Below the pieces are notes generated by a model. The model saw only the letters and a list, made by a program, of their open reading frames with translations, was not told the origin of the DNA and made no database searches. Made by a program: the position numbers and the translations under genes. Below are positions 28,335 through 42,642 of a stretch of 64,000 nucleotides of DNA, one piece after another. Origin of the DNA: Dictyostelium discoideum (lineage: Eukaryota); contig CM000151.3 in assembly GCA_000004695.1 (NCBI GenBank), positions 5,632,001 through 5,696,000 of the forward strand, read 5' to 3'. Numbering within the stretch: the stretch's first letter is position 1; each line of letters starts with the position of its first letter.

Positions 28335-28523
28335 TTATTTATGTGAATAATTATAAAAACTACCACCATTATTATAATTATGCCTAGCTACTATTACTAT
28401 ATTGAGTGGTGCATATAATATTTTATATAAAACTGGAAATTTATTTTTACATATGTATATATAAATATATATTTGTATTTGTATTTTTATTTGTATTTTT
28501 ATTTGTGTGTATACATATTTAAA

Positions 28524-28580
<57 letters not shown>

Positions 28581-29235
28581 TAATAAAAAAAGTATAATAA
28601 AAATAAAAAATAAAATAAAATAAAATTTTAAAAAACATACCATCATCAGCTGATTCAACAGCCATATTTTTCTTAACAATGACATTCTTTTTTAAATTTT
28701 TAATTGCAAATTGTAAATCATCGGATCTAACAATATGAGATGCTGCGCTATTATTATTTTTTTCTTTTTCTTTTTCTTTTTCTTTTTCTTTTTCTTTTTC
28801 TTTTTCTTTTTCTTTTTCTTTTTCTTTTTCTTTATCTTTTGATTTTGAACCAAATGAAATTGAAGCTCTCTTTTTTTCTTTTGGAATTTCACCACTACTA
28901 TTTATGCTATTATGTACACTTTGTGGTGAATGTGGTGGTGATAAATGTGAACTACCATTGCTACCAGTCGATAAATTTAATATATTATTTCCACTATTTT
29001 TTAATTCTGATGATAAGGATAAAGGATTGAATGAACTACTACTTCCACCACCACCACTACTACTACCACTACCACCACTGTTGCCTAATGATATGGATGG
29101 AGTACCAATACTATTTCTTTTATTTATACTTGCTTTTATATTTTCAAGTAATTCTGATTGTTGTGATTTTTGTTTTCCAATTGTTCCTAATCCATTAACT
29201 GAAAGTGTTGGAGGTTGTGTTGAAGGTGGAGGCAT
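28335..29235 (-). CDS. Hypothetical low-complexity protein with Gly/Ser-rich and (EK)n tracts. Exons 29235..28641 and putative terminal exon 28432..28335; C-terminus tentative.
   Basis: ORF 28519..29235 begins MPPPSTQPPTLSVNG…, contains KEKEKEKEK×13 from a (TTTTTC)n tract, and ends …NMAVESADDG|GTATGT. The downstream acceptor TTTCCAG at 28433/28434 restores the frame into …VLYKILYAPLNIVIVARHNYNNGGSFYNYSHK*. The intron holds (ATT)18 and (ATTTGT)n repeats. Confidence 0.4.
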
Positions 29236-29247
29236 TATTATATATAT

Positions 29248-29289
<42 letters not shown>

Positions 29290-29844
29290 TATTGTAATAA
29301 TAAATTTCTTGAGAAGTGTGCTATTACTTTGTAGTTTGTTTTAACTATTTTTAGAATTGGTTTTTGGTTTTTTTTTTTTTTTCTTTTATATTCTTATTAT
29401 ATTTTTATTTAATATCCTCTATAAATATATTTATATGTACTATAATATACAAAAACTATTAAATATTTATTTTTTTTTATCTGTTAATTTTATCTGGTAA
29501 TAAAATAAATTTTTAAGAGTGTGGGGTGGTGGGAAATTATTTTTTTATTATTATTATTATTATTATTACTATTGTTTTTTTATTTTTCTCTATAGAAATG
29601 TCTAAAATATATTAATAATAAAAAAATAATAGTTAGTTTTTTTCTTTTTTTAATTGTTTTTTTTTTTTTTCTTATTTTTATTATTATTATTATTTTTATT
29701 ATTATTTTTTTTTTTTTCAGGTCTGTCGAGTTTCTGGTGTGAATATGTGTGAATGAATGAATGAATGTACATGTATGCAATATGTGTACACACTAACTTA
29801 AAATCAAAAAATAAGTATGTATGTTTTTTTTTTTTTGAGATAAT

Positions 29845-29899
<55 letters not shown>

Positions 29900-30493
29900 A
29901 TACAATACCAATAATATATTTTAAGATAAATAATTTAATAATGAAAATTATAATTTCACAAAATGAAATAAAAACATAAAAAAATAATAATAATAATAAT
30001 AGTAATATTAATATAAAAAAAATAAAAATAAAAAAATAAATAAAATAATAAATATTAAAAAAGGGGGAGACAGAGAGCGAGTGGAAAGTGTGAACCAAAT
30101 AATGTATACAATTGTTTGTACAATTAGATAATAATAATATTGGTGTTATTTTTTTTAAATTATTATTTTTTAATTTTTTTTTTTTTTTTTTTGGGATTGT
30201 TTTATTTTCAAAAAGATAGAGTATATGCACAAAAAAAAAAAAAAAACTGAATTTTTAAATTGATGTTGGTATTCTGATTTATCAATAAGGTGATTGATGA
30301 TAATAATAAATATGATTTACTGTTACTACTACACTTATGCTAATATTATTATTATTTTTATTATTATTTTTATTTTTACTAATTTTACCACTTTCAAAGA
30401 AATAAATATTTTATATTTTTTGAATTTTATATTTTAAAATTTTAAATATTTTATAATTATTGAAACAATAGTAATAATTTTATAATAATAAAA

Positions 30494-30494
<1 letters not shown>

Positions 30495-30562
<68 letters not shown>

Positions 30563-30613
30563 GATTTTATTATTATTGATTTTATTATTGATTTTATTAT
30601 TGATTTTATTATT
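30495..30613. repeat. (ATT)22 followed by four copies of a 12-mer (TTGATTTTATTA) minisatellite.
   Basis: Read directly in the large intergenic interval. Confidence 0.9.
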
Positions 30614-32025
30614 TGCGAGATAAATTTAAATTTTAAATAAGAAAAAAAAAATAAAAAATAAAAAATAAAAACTCTATCTATTATAATAATAATTAAAAGA
30701 ATAATTATATTGTTTTCTTTACTTTTTTTTTTTTTATATGTTGCTTTTATTTTTATTTATTTCTTTACTTCCACTTTCTTTGTCTAATATTATTATAAAG
30801 AAATTAAAAATTTTTTGTTTTTTTTGTTTTTTTGTTTTTTTTTTTTCCTCCCACTATCATTATTTAATTAAATTAAATGAATTGAATTGAATTGAATTTA
30901 GTAGTGGTGGGGGGTGGTGAGTTAGTGTTAAGTGGGGGGTTGTAATAGTGGTGGTTGTAATGGTAGTGTGGTAGATAATAAAAATATAATAACAACAACA
31001 ATGATGATGATTTTCATCATCAACTATATTAAAATTTAATTTCCAAAAAAAAAAAAAAAAATTAAAAAAAAAAAAAAAAAAAAAAAAGAGATAGCTTTGT
31101 TAAAATTATTATTTTATTATTAAAATAATAATAATAATAAAAATACTTTAAAAAACTAAAAAACTAAAAAAAGAAAAAAAAAAAAAAAAAAAAAAAAAAC
31201 ACACACTTCCATTTGTCTTGAATCTGTGAATGTATGTTTTTAGTTGTGTTGTGCTATGTGTTTTGTAAACTATCGTTCTAAAAGTTATAGCTGGGGGTTT
31301 TTATTATTTGTGTGGTCAATTATTATTATCTTTTTTTTTTTTTTTTTCTAACTTGTTAAATCTGTGTTTTTTTGGTTTTTTTTTATTTTTTTTTATCAAT
31401 TTACCGAATGTGGTTATAAAAAAAAGTTTATATGCATTATATATATATATATATACAAATTATTTTTTGTATGGTGTATTTGAAATGTTGTTATTTCGCT
31501 TTTTTTTTTTCTTTGGTGGTTTGGGAGAGAGAGAAAAAAAAAAAAAAAAAATTTGTTGTTGTTATTGATGAGAGAGTGAATGAAACAATTTGTGGTGTGT
31601 TTGTTATAATTACAATATTAGTATGCACTTGATTTTGAAACTACAAAATATAGGTGTATATTTGTAATCTAATTATTTGTATATTTGCTTAATTATTGTT
31701 ATTTTTATATTACTATTTTTTTTTTTTTTTTTTTATTGTACATTGAACATAGTGAGCTTTTATTATTATTATTTTTGTTTTGTTTTTTTTTTTTTTTATT
31801 TTTAATTTTTTTATTTTTAATTTTTTTATTTTTAATAATTATTTTTTGTATTTTTTTCTCAAACTTTTTTTTTAATGGTGAATTATATAAAACATTATGT
31901 GATTTATTACTGTGATATGTGGGTTTGAAAATAAAAAAAAAAAATAAAAATAAAAAAAATTAAAAATAAAATGAGATTTTGTGGTGATTTTGTGTGTGTT
32001 TATTTTTATATTTTATATTTTTTAT

Positions 32026-32062
<37 letters not shown>

Positions 32063-32856
32063 TTTTGAAATTCAACGCAAAATATTTATAAACCTTTTTT
32101 TTAATTATTTTATTTTAGTTAATCTTTTTTTTTTTTTTTTTATAATTATAAAGAGAGAAAAAAAAAAAAAAAAAAAGAAAAATAAAAGGAATTAAATTAA
32201 TTTAATTTTAATTTTTTTTTTTTTTTTTATTTTTTGACCCGTCAAAGATTTTTTTTCTTTTGTTTTTTTTCTATTTTTCCAAACCACTTTAATTTGTTGA
32301 ATTAGTTGATAAAAAAAATTGAACAAAAGAATTATTTGAATATTTTTTGAATGGTTAAAGTATATTAATATTATTATTTTATATTGAATAATTCAAAAAA
32401 AGAAAAGAAAAAAATTAAAAAAAAAATTAAAAAAAAAAATTAAAAAAAAGAAAAAAATTAAAAAAAACTGAAAAAAAAAAAAACTGAAAAAAAAAAATAT
32501 CTTTTTTTTGGGATCGAGTTTTATCGACAATAGTTCGATCACGGCGACCAGTGATTGACTATGAAAAAAAAAAAAAAAAAGCTAATAATTATTTTTGAAC
32601 TTTAAAAAAAGAAAATAAGATATTTAATAATATATTATAAAACATAAGTCCCAAATTTTAACTTTTTTTTTTTTTTTTTTTTGATTATTTGATTTATTTT
32701 ATTAATCCTTTATATAATTTGAATATTGTTTTTTGAAAAAATTTCGAACATTTTTCGGAAAAAAAAAAAAAAAAAAAAAAAGATTCATATTAATTCGAAG
32801 AATGAATAAATAAATAAAATTGGTGTTTTAGACTATTTTTAAATTGATGTGGATTC

Positions 32857-32887
<31 letters not shown>

Positions 32888-33839
32888 AATTTACATTTAT
32901 AAATAGAAAATTTATTTTCTAAAAAAAAAAAAAAAAAAGAATGACTTGGTGTCTATAAATGCAAATTTATAAAACCTTCGTAACCTAACTATAACCATTA
33001 AGGAAATTTTTATAAATTAAATTGGATATTCTGATCCAATTATTTTTTTTATTTTACTAAAATCAATTTACATTTTTATAATAGGATTAAAATAAATAAA
33101 ATTTTCCTTTTTTTTTTTTTGGAAAAAAAATACAAGAACAATAAAAAACTCAATCAAATTAATTTCGAGCACTAATAAATTTATTTTTTTAATAAAACTT
33201 TTAGTATTTCTTTATTTAATAGAAATTAATAATTTGGAAAAAATCATTTCATTTTTTTTTTTTTTTTTGTTTTTTATGGAAAAAAGATAATAATAATTAA
33301 CTTAATGCCACAATTTGAATTTGTTGTGATATTTTGTTAAAATAAAAAAAAAAAAATTAAAATTTTGCTGTTTTGGATTAATTTTTTTTTTTTTTTTTAT
33401 TTTAATAAAATACCACAATTTAAAACACACTATTAAATATTTATTTTTAACTTTATTTTGTAGAAACAGGTTTTAATTTTTTAAAACATAGGCATAAAAG
33501 CAAAATTTTTTTTTTTGCCATTTAAAAATTCTCACATTTAACAAAATCCTACATTTTTGAATTTGTTGTGTTAATATTAAAATTTTTTTTTTAATTTTTT
33601 TTTTTTTATTTTTTTTTTTTTTTTCATTTTTTTTTTTTCATTTTTTTTTTTTTTTTTCATTTTTTTTTTTAATTAAATACCCAAGAGAGAACTTAACCTT
33701 TTCATATTTCCTACTTTTTTTTTTTTCTTTCAAAATTGTAGTTAATATTTTGTTTATAAATTTAATAAAAATAAATAAAATAAATAATAATAAAAAAAAA
33801 AAAAAGAAAATATAAAAAAAATTAAATTGTTTCATTTAA

Positions 33840-36800
33840 ATGAATGATTCAAATAGCAGCAATGATAGTTGCAACACCGAAAATAATACCTTGACAGCCA
33901 CTAAAAATAGCATCAACAACACAACTACAACCACAACCACACCTAATAACAATGTTAATTGTTTAAAAACCAGTGGTAGTATTAAACTATCAGCTTCATC
34001 AGTACCATTTATACCAGGCTCATCAGCATCATTGCCATCTATTTTATCAAATCAATATAAATTAGCGGCATCCAATAATGTATCAAATAATATTATGATG
34101 ATTTCCACACCAATCATTTCTTCAGCACAACAACAACAACAACAAGTACCACCACCACAACAAACTACAACAACAACAACAGCAACAGCAACAGCAATAA
34201 CGCCAACACCTATTACAACATCACAATCAACATCATCCTCAATGTTAAATTTACCATTAAAAGTTGGTAAAGAATCTATTGAAACATTGTTTAGGAATAG
34301 ATTTCATCCAAAAAATAATATTAGAGAAACTGTTTTATCATCATTACAAAGTATATTAATACCTGATCTATCGGATACTATTAATAATACAAAAGAGAAT
34401 ATCGAATATTTTTATAATATGATCATTGATGAAAATAATTATATTCTAAAGTTATTATTATTAAATATAATAAATGATACAAAAAGAAATTTAGTAGTTT
34501 ATAATTATAATCAACAACATCAATTACCAATTCAAAATACATCATCACCAAATACTCCATCATCAACAACAACAACAACAACTACATCAACTAAACCATC
34601 TAAAAGAGGAGATAAAGAAAGAGAAAGAGGTAGAAGAAATAAAGATAAGATTAATGAAAAACAATTACAACAACAGCAATTACAACAATTACAATTACAA
34701 CAACAATTAGATCATGAAGGTTCTTCACTTTATTTACCATTTTCAAGTTTATTATCTTTTATTAAACCTGATAAACAACAACAACCACAACAATCACAAC
34801 AATCACAATTAAATGAAATTGATCAAATGGTTAGACCAAAATCATTACCAAAAGATGATAATGATAGTGATAATTTTAATATTAGAGTTTTGGAGTATAA
34901 TTTAAAGTTATTGATAAAGATTTATTTCAAGGTATCAATGTACCAAGATTCAATTAAAACTCATATCTTTGATTTATATATACAAATTAATCAAGCAATC
35001 TCTGAACAACAAAGACAATTACAAGAGAAAGAGAAAGAGAGTAAAACTTCAAAACCAATACCACAACCAATCATTTCATTGGTAATTCCAACGGTATTGG
35101 TATCGATTGGTGATATCATAAAATATAAATATGCAACACCTTCACCACCAAATCTAACACCAACAACAACTACTAAAATGGAGGAAGAGGAAAGAATCAT
35201 TAATACTATATTAATTAATGAATTTAAAAAAACTGATGTTTCAATCATTGAGTCAAATTTATACCTTTTCGAATGTATTTTATCAATTAGTGTTAGTAAT
35301 GAACCAACAATTGTAGTACCAAATACAACAACTGCAACAACTGCAACAACTGCAACAACATCAAATACTTCTACAGCAGCAGCTGCAACAACGACAACAC
35401 CAACACTATCAACATCTTCTTCATCATTATCACCACCAGCATCAACACAATCATCATTATCATTATCATCATCATCATCAGCAGTGATAGCACCAACAAC
35501 AGTAGGTTATATTTTCAAATTTAATAAAGAATTATTTAGAAAGTTAATAGCATTAGTTTATTCTACAGTAGTTCAACATCAAATAACCTTATCTACTGTA
35601 TTTACAACATTGGTTTTAAAAGGTTATTTAAATGAGGATCAAATTCAAAAATTATTAAATATTACATTATTTAAGTAAGTAATTTTAAATATAATCATTA
35701 AAGATATAATGATAGAATAAAGAATATATATATTAATACATTTACATTTTAATATATAGATTATCAGATCCAAGTGAACAAGTTAAATTAAGTTATTTAA
35801 CATTATTAAGTAAGATGGTATCATATTTCGATTTAAACCATCAAAAGAATTTAAATCATAAAGTTAATGACATATCATTACCTTATAAACTATTGATAAT
35901 GGGATCAACAAGTCAACCATTTTTTAATGGTCAAATTTTTAAAAAGATATTTGATTGGATCATGGGAATTGGTAAAGATCAACCATCTTTTGATTCTTTA
36001 ACAAAGTATCTAATCGATTTATTCGATAGTTTTAATGTAATCTCAATATTATTCAATGAACAAAATAAAATATTATCACAACAATATTTAGCTGCTCAAT
36101 CAACTATGATAACTCCACCATTAAGTTTACATCAAATTGATGATAGAAGTATGTAAAAACTATAACAATTTTTATTATTATTATCATCATCACCATTATT
36201 ATTAATTAATTAATACTAATCATTTATTATTATTTATTATTTATTATTATTATCATCATCCCCTAGGAAAATTTGAAACATTAATATCAAAATCTGATGA
36301 ATTAATTTGGTTTTGGACAGTTTGGGAATGTAGTAAATTTTGTATTGCCAATAGATTGAAATCACCATATGGTAGTGCATTTCAAACGTTTGAAATCTTT
36401 GAAAAGTTATTATTACAATTGAATAAGGATAGAAGGGATTTTAAAAAGATAAAGATTTTATTACATTTTATGGAATCTATGGAGAAATTAATTTTCTCCA
36501 CTGTTAATGGATCGGTTCTAGTACAATCATTAAACAATAAGGAGACTCAATTCTTTAGACATAACGTTAGAGTTTGTGAAGATTGGTTCTCTAGAATTCG
36601 AGTAAATCTATTGAAAGCTAGTATTCTATCAAGTTCAACACCAGATATCATTAGACATGCTTCACTTAGAGTTCAAGATATTCAAGCTAATAGATTCGTT
36701 CTAGATTCAAATACAGCTCATTTTGAATTGGAATTTTGTATATTACATTTAGCAAATGCCCTACAACAATTAAATGAAACTGAATCATTACAAGGTTTAT

Positions 36801-36849
36801 CAAATTGGTCTGATATAAATTTAAATAATAGTGATAATAATAATAATAA

Positions 36850-36880
<31 letters not shown>

Positions 36881-37419
36881 TCAACATTCTTTAATAATGG
36901 TAATATTAATAAATATACATTAAAATTACCATGGATGAAAGGTGTTATATTAAGAAGTAAACAAAAGTTTGAAGAATCAATTAGTTCATTATTGAGTGTA
37001 CCACCAATGTTGGAATCAAATTCAATATCATTTCCATTCGTATTGGAACAAATTATTAAATCTTATTTAGATATTTCAAATTTTACAGAGGTTGAACAAT
37101 TTTTACAAAATTATCAAAATCAAATTCAACAACAATCAAATTCTTTAATAATCTATAAAGATACATTCATTAAAACTTTGGGTTCATTCTATCGTGGTGA
37201 AATGGAAGAAGCTCATGCTTTTGCAAAGAGAACTGAATCTCAAAATCATATATTACAAAGAGAACAATTAGGTTTAGGTTTATTAGGTAATCAAATTATG
37301 ACTGATGAATTATTATTATCAATTATGGTTAATCAAAAAGATTTATTTAATAATACAAATATTATTAATAATAATAATAGTGGTGGCAGTAGTAGTGGTA
37401 CAGCAACAGCAACAGCAGT

Positions 37420-37475
<56 letters not shown>

Positions 37476-40400
37476 ATACAAATAATGATATTATTGGATT
37501 TAGTAATAATATTAATAGTATGTTAAAACTAACAAAGAATAATATATTAAAAGCATTAAATTATTTAGGATTAGAATCAAATGTTCAAACATTTCAATAT
37601 TTAACACAATTGAAAATTATGGATGAAATTGAAAATGGTGTTTATAATAGTAGAGTGGTACCAATTAATAATCAAATTGGATTCTTGGAGAGATTAAGAA
37701 GAGTTAGAGGTCATATTTCAAATACTAAACAACGTTCTGATATTCTTCTAAGTAATATACCATTGACTGAAAAAATGATTAAACTATCAAGAAAATTTGA
37801 AAATTATAAATTTAGTTCAAAATTATTAGATACAATTTTAGAATCTCATTCATCTTCCTATTATTTAGAACGTTGTAAATTAAAATATTTAAATGGTAAA
37901 CAAACTGAAGCAACTTTAGATTTAATTAAATATGCACATCGTGATATAACAATACCATCATCATCGACAACAACAACGACAACGACGACAACAACAACAC
38001 CACCATCAACATCATCAAATACTGCTACAACAACAAATAATATAAATATTGATGAATTATCAACACAAAAATTTAAAGTTTATACAGAAATTATTAAATA
38101 TTTAAATTCAAATCCATCAATTATTACAGAATTATCATCATCAAACTATTCTATACCTCAAGAACAATTAAATCCAGAATATTATTTTAAGAAAGCAACT
38201 TTAACTAAACCTGAGAATTCAAAATTATGGATAACCTATGCTGATTGGATTTTAAATGAAAAAAGTAATATATCTGAACAAAATGATGAAGAATCATTAA
38301 ATGGTGGTGGTAGTGGTGGTAATGAAAATTCATCAAATGAAATGTTAAGACTTAAAAATACAAATACTAATGAACTAAAAACAGCAGTTGAAGCATATTT
38401 CCAATTTTTAAAGTATAGTATGTTGGATGGTAATAGTAATGGTGGTTTAAATATTAGGGCAACACTTAAAATATTGAATATTTTAGTTTGTTCAGGTAAT
38501 AAATTGGTTGAAACATTTGAAAGATGTCTAAATGAATTAACTTCAACTCGTCCTTTCACAATTATTATACCACAATTATTTGCAAGATTAAGTCATCCCG
38601 ATACATTTGTTCAAAAATATGTTGTTGAAATTTTAAATAGAATTGGTAGAGATAATCCAAATAAAATAGTTTATCAAACTATTGTTGGTTCTTTAAATTT
38701 TACAAATACAAATAATAATAATAATAGTTCTTGTGCTGCTGCCACTACTGATGATGGTTTAGATATTGAATTATTACAAAAACAATATCCAAATTATTTA
38801 CAAATTTTAAATATTAAAGAGAATCTATTAAAACATTCAGAATTATTAGTAAAAGAGACAGAGACACTCATTTATCAATTAGGTAAACTTACAACATTGT
38901 GGGATGATAATTGGCAATATTTCATTGAACAAATTCAAGGTTGGGTCTATATTAATACTAAACAATGGAATGATGACTATCAACAATTGAAAGCCACAAT
39001 AAAGAATCCAACCATACTAAAACATACTCTAAAGAAAAAGAATCAGGAATTACTTCAACCAATTTATGAAAAGTTAAAACGTTTAACTGCTGCCACCGTT
39101 TTATCAGTTTGTAAAACTCCACATGAAAAATGGTTTACCAAATGTCATTTCGAAACTATAAACAAAACAATACGTGCATTTGAAAAACAAAATAAACCAA
39201 CCTCTCCATTCGATGTACTTCATGATTTAATAGCTGAATTTCAACAATATCGTTTAATTTCTTTAAGTTTATCATCAGTTAATCCATCATTAGCTTTATT
39301 TAGACCAACTATAACTCAAATGCCTGGTACTGATTTAAATTATTTTAATATTAATCATATTCATCATCATCATCATCATCATAACCATCATGGTAATAAT
39401 AATAATCAACATTCAACATCAAGTGGTAATTTACCAATTCAAAATCAAGTTACAATTCAATTAATTAAACCAACCATTTATTTATTACCAACAAAAACTA
39501 AGCCAAAGAAAATGGCAATGCTTGGTAGTGATGGTAATCTTTATTATTATCTTTTGAAAGGTCGTGAAGATTTACATTTGGATGAAAGAATTATGCAATT
39601 ATTAAATGTTGTCGATCAATTATTAATGAATGATAAAAAACCAACTTTAAAACTATTGAGAACTAGAAATTATTCAGTTATACCTCTATCTCAAAGTTCT
39701 GGTTTAATTCAATGGGTTGAAGGTGCTGTACCATTATTTTCAATTTATAAAAATTGGTATAAAAATGATCAAGTTTATAAACAACAACAACAGCAACAAC
39801 AACAATTACAACAGCAACAACAGCAACAACAACAACAACAACAACAACAACCACAACCACAACAACAACCACAACAACAACCACAACAACAACCACAACA
39901 ACAACCACAACCACAACAAAACTCAACTACAACTTCAAATATAGTAAATAAACCAATTATAGCTAGACCAGTTGATATATTCTATGCAAAGATTACACCA
40001 TTATTAGAAAAGGCTGGATTAAATTTCATGACACCAAGATCAGAATGGCCAAAAGAAATATTAATTCAAGTACTCAATGAACTAATGCAAGAAACTCCAA
40101 AATGGATTCTACAAAGGGAGTTATGGTTTTCAAGTAGCTCTTCATCAGAGTTATTCTTAAAAACTCAAAGTTATAGTAGATCTTTAGCATTGATGTCAGT
40201 GATTGGTTATATGATAGGTTTAGGTGATAGACATTTAGATAATATTTTATTAGATTTGAAAACTGGTGAAATCGTTCATATCGATTATAATATTTGTTTT
40301 GAAAAAGGTGCTGAATTGAAAATACCAGAGAGAGTACCATTTAGAATGACCCAAATCTTTGAATATGCCTTAGGTTTAACTGGTGTTCAAGGAACTTTTA

Positions 40401-40707
40401 GAGAAACAAGTATACAAATTATGCATTTGTTACGTAAAAATAAAGATATCCTATTAAATTTATTGGAAACTTTTATTTATGACCCACTATTTGATTGGAA
40501 ACATTCAAATAAACAAACAAATAATAATAATAATAATAATAATAACAATAATATGAATCAAGCAGCTGGTGAACAAGAATCTATAGAAAAGAAACAATCT
40601 TCAAATAATTCAAGTAATCCTATAATTTCAACACCAACAAAATTACAACAACAACAAAAATTGCCAAATAGCCCATTATCAATTTCTTCAAATAATACCA
40701 ATTCCAC

Positions 40708-40777
<70 letters not shown>

Positions 40778-41077
40778 GATCAAGATAGTGATTCAAGTCA
40801 AAGTCAAGAAGATGAAGATAATAATGTTGTTGAAGGTGAAGGAGGTGAAGGAGGTGAAGGTGATATTGATGAATTGAATTTAGTTCAAGATTCCTCAAAT
40901 GGAAAGGATGCATTTAAGAGTATCCAAGGTTTAACTGTTGTCAACCAAGTGAGACTAAAATTAGAAGGTACAGAAAAGAAACTATCAATTCCAGATCAAA
41001 TTGATCTTATTATAAGAGAATCCATGAATGTTGAAAATCTATCCTCCACTTATGAAGGTTGGTCTCCATGGGTCTAA
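33840..41077 (+). CDS. smg1: SMG1, the nonsense-mediated-decay PI3K-related kinase, 2344 aa. Exons 33840..35674, 35760..36148, 36267..41077.
   Basis: Kinase domain: LPTKTKPKKMAMLGSDGNLYYYLLKGREDLHLDERIMQLLNVVDQLL…SGLIQWVEGAVPLF…MSVIGYMIGLGDRHLDNILLDLKTGEIVHIDYNICFEKGAELKIPERVPFRMTQIFEYALGLTGVQGTFRETSIQIMHLLRKNKDILLNLLETFIYDPLFDW. This is a near-verbatim match to the SMG1 catalytic core. A poly-N-rich insertion follows, then the C-terminal FATC (…ENLSSTYEGWSPWV*). Introns are GTAAGT/GTATGT…AG with consistent phases (2→1, 1→2). Confidence 0.92.
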
Positions 41078-41340
41078 TCAATATTATTAAAACTATAAAT
41101 TAAATAATTAAATAATTAAATAATTTTACTCGTAAAAAAAAAATAAAAAAAAAATAAAAAAAAATAAAAATAAAAGTTACACAAATAAATTTTCAAAATT
41201 TATACAAATATATTTGAATTTCAAAATTTATACAAATATAAATTTTGAAATTCAAATGTGGGAAGAACTTCTCACTCTTTTTTTTTTTTTTTTTTTTTTT
41301 TTTATTATTTCATATTTATTTTTTTATTTTATTTTTTATA

Positions 41341-42413
<1,073 letters not shown>

Positions 42414-42642
42414 AATTTTATAAAATTGTAAAATAAAAAAAAAAAAAAAAAAAAAAAAAAAGTGAAAAAATAAAAATCCCAAAAAAAAAAAAAAAAGAAA
42501 GAGTGAAGAAATTCTGTTTTCCCAAAATGATCTCAATTATTTTTTTTATGTAAAAAATAAAAAAATACATAAAAAAAATTGGGAAATTAAAAAAAAAAAA
42601 AAAAGTTGGAAATTTTATTAACTTTTAATTGTTTCTGGAAAA

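Noticed and set aside
27692-29235. Possibility that the low-complexity gene (28335..29235) and the ArfGAP gene are one transcript
   Set aside because: An in-frame TAA lies 8 codons upstream of the ArfGAP ATG (27713–27715) with no acceptor in between. The upstream gene reaches its own stop via the 28432 acceptor.
32510-32563. Possible tRNA or snoRNA at the GC-rich TCGA element
   Set aside because: Too short (about 50 nt) for a tRNA. There is no acceptor/anticodon-arm geometry and no C/D or H/ACA boxes. Kept only as an unexplained element in findings.
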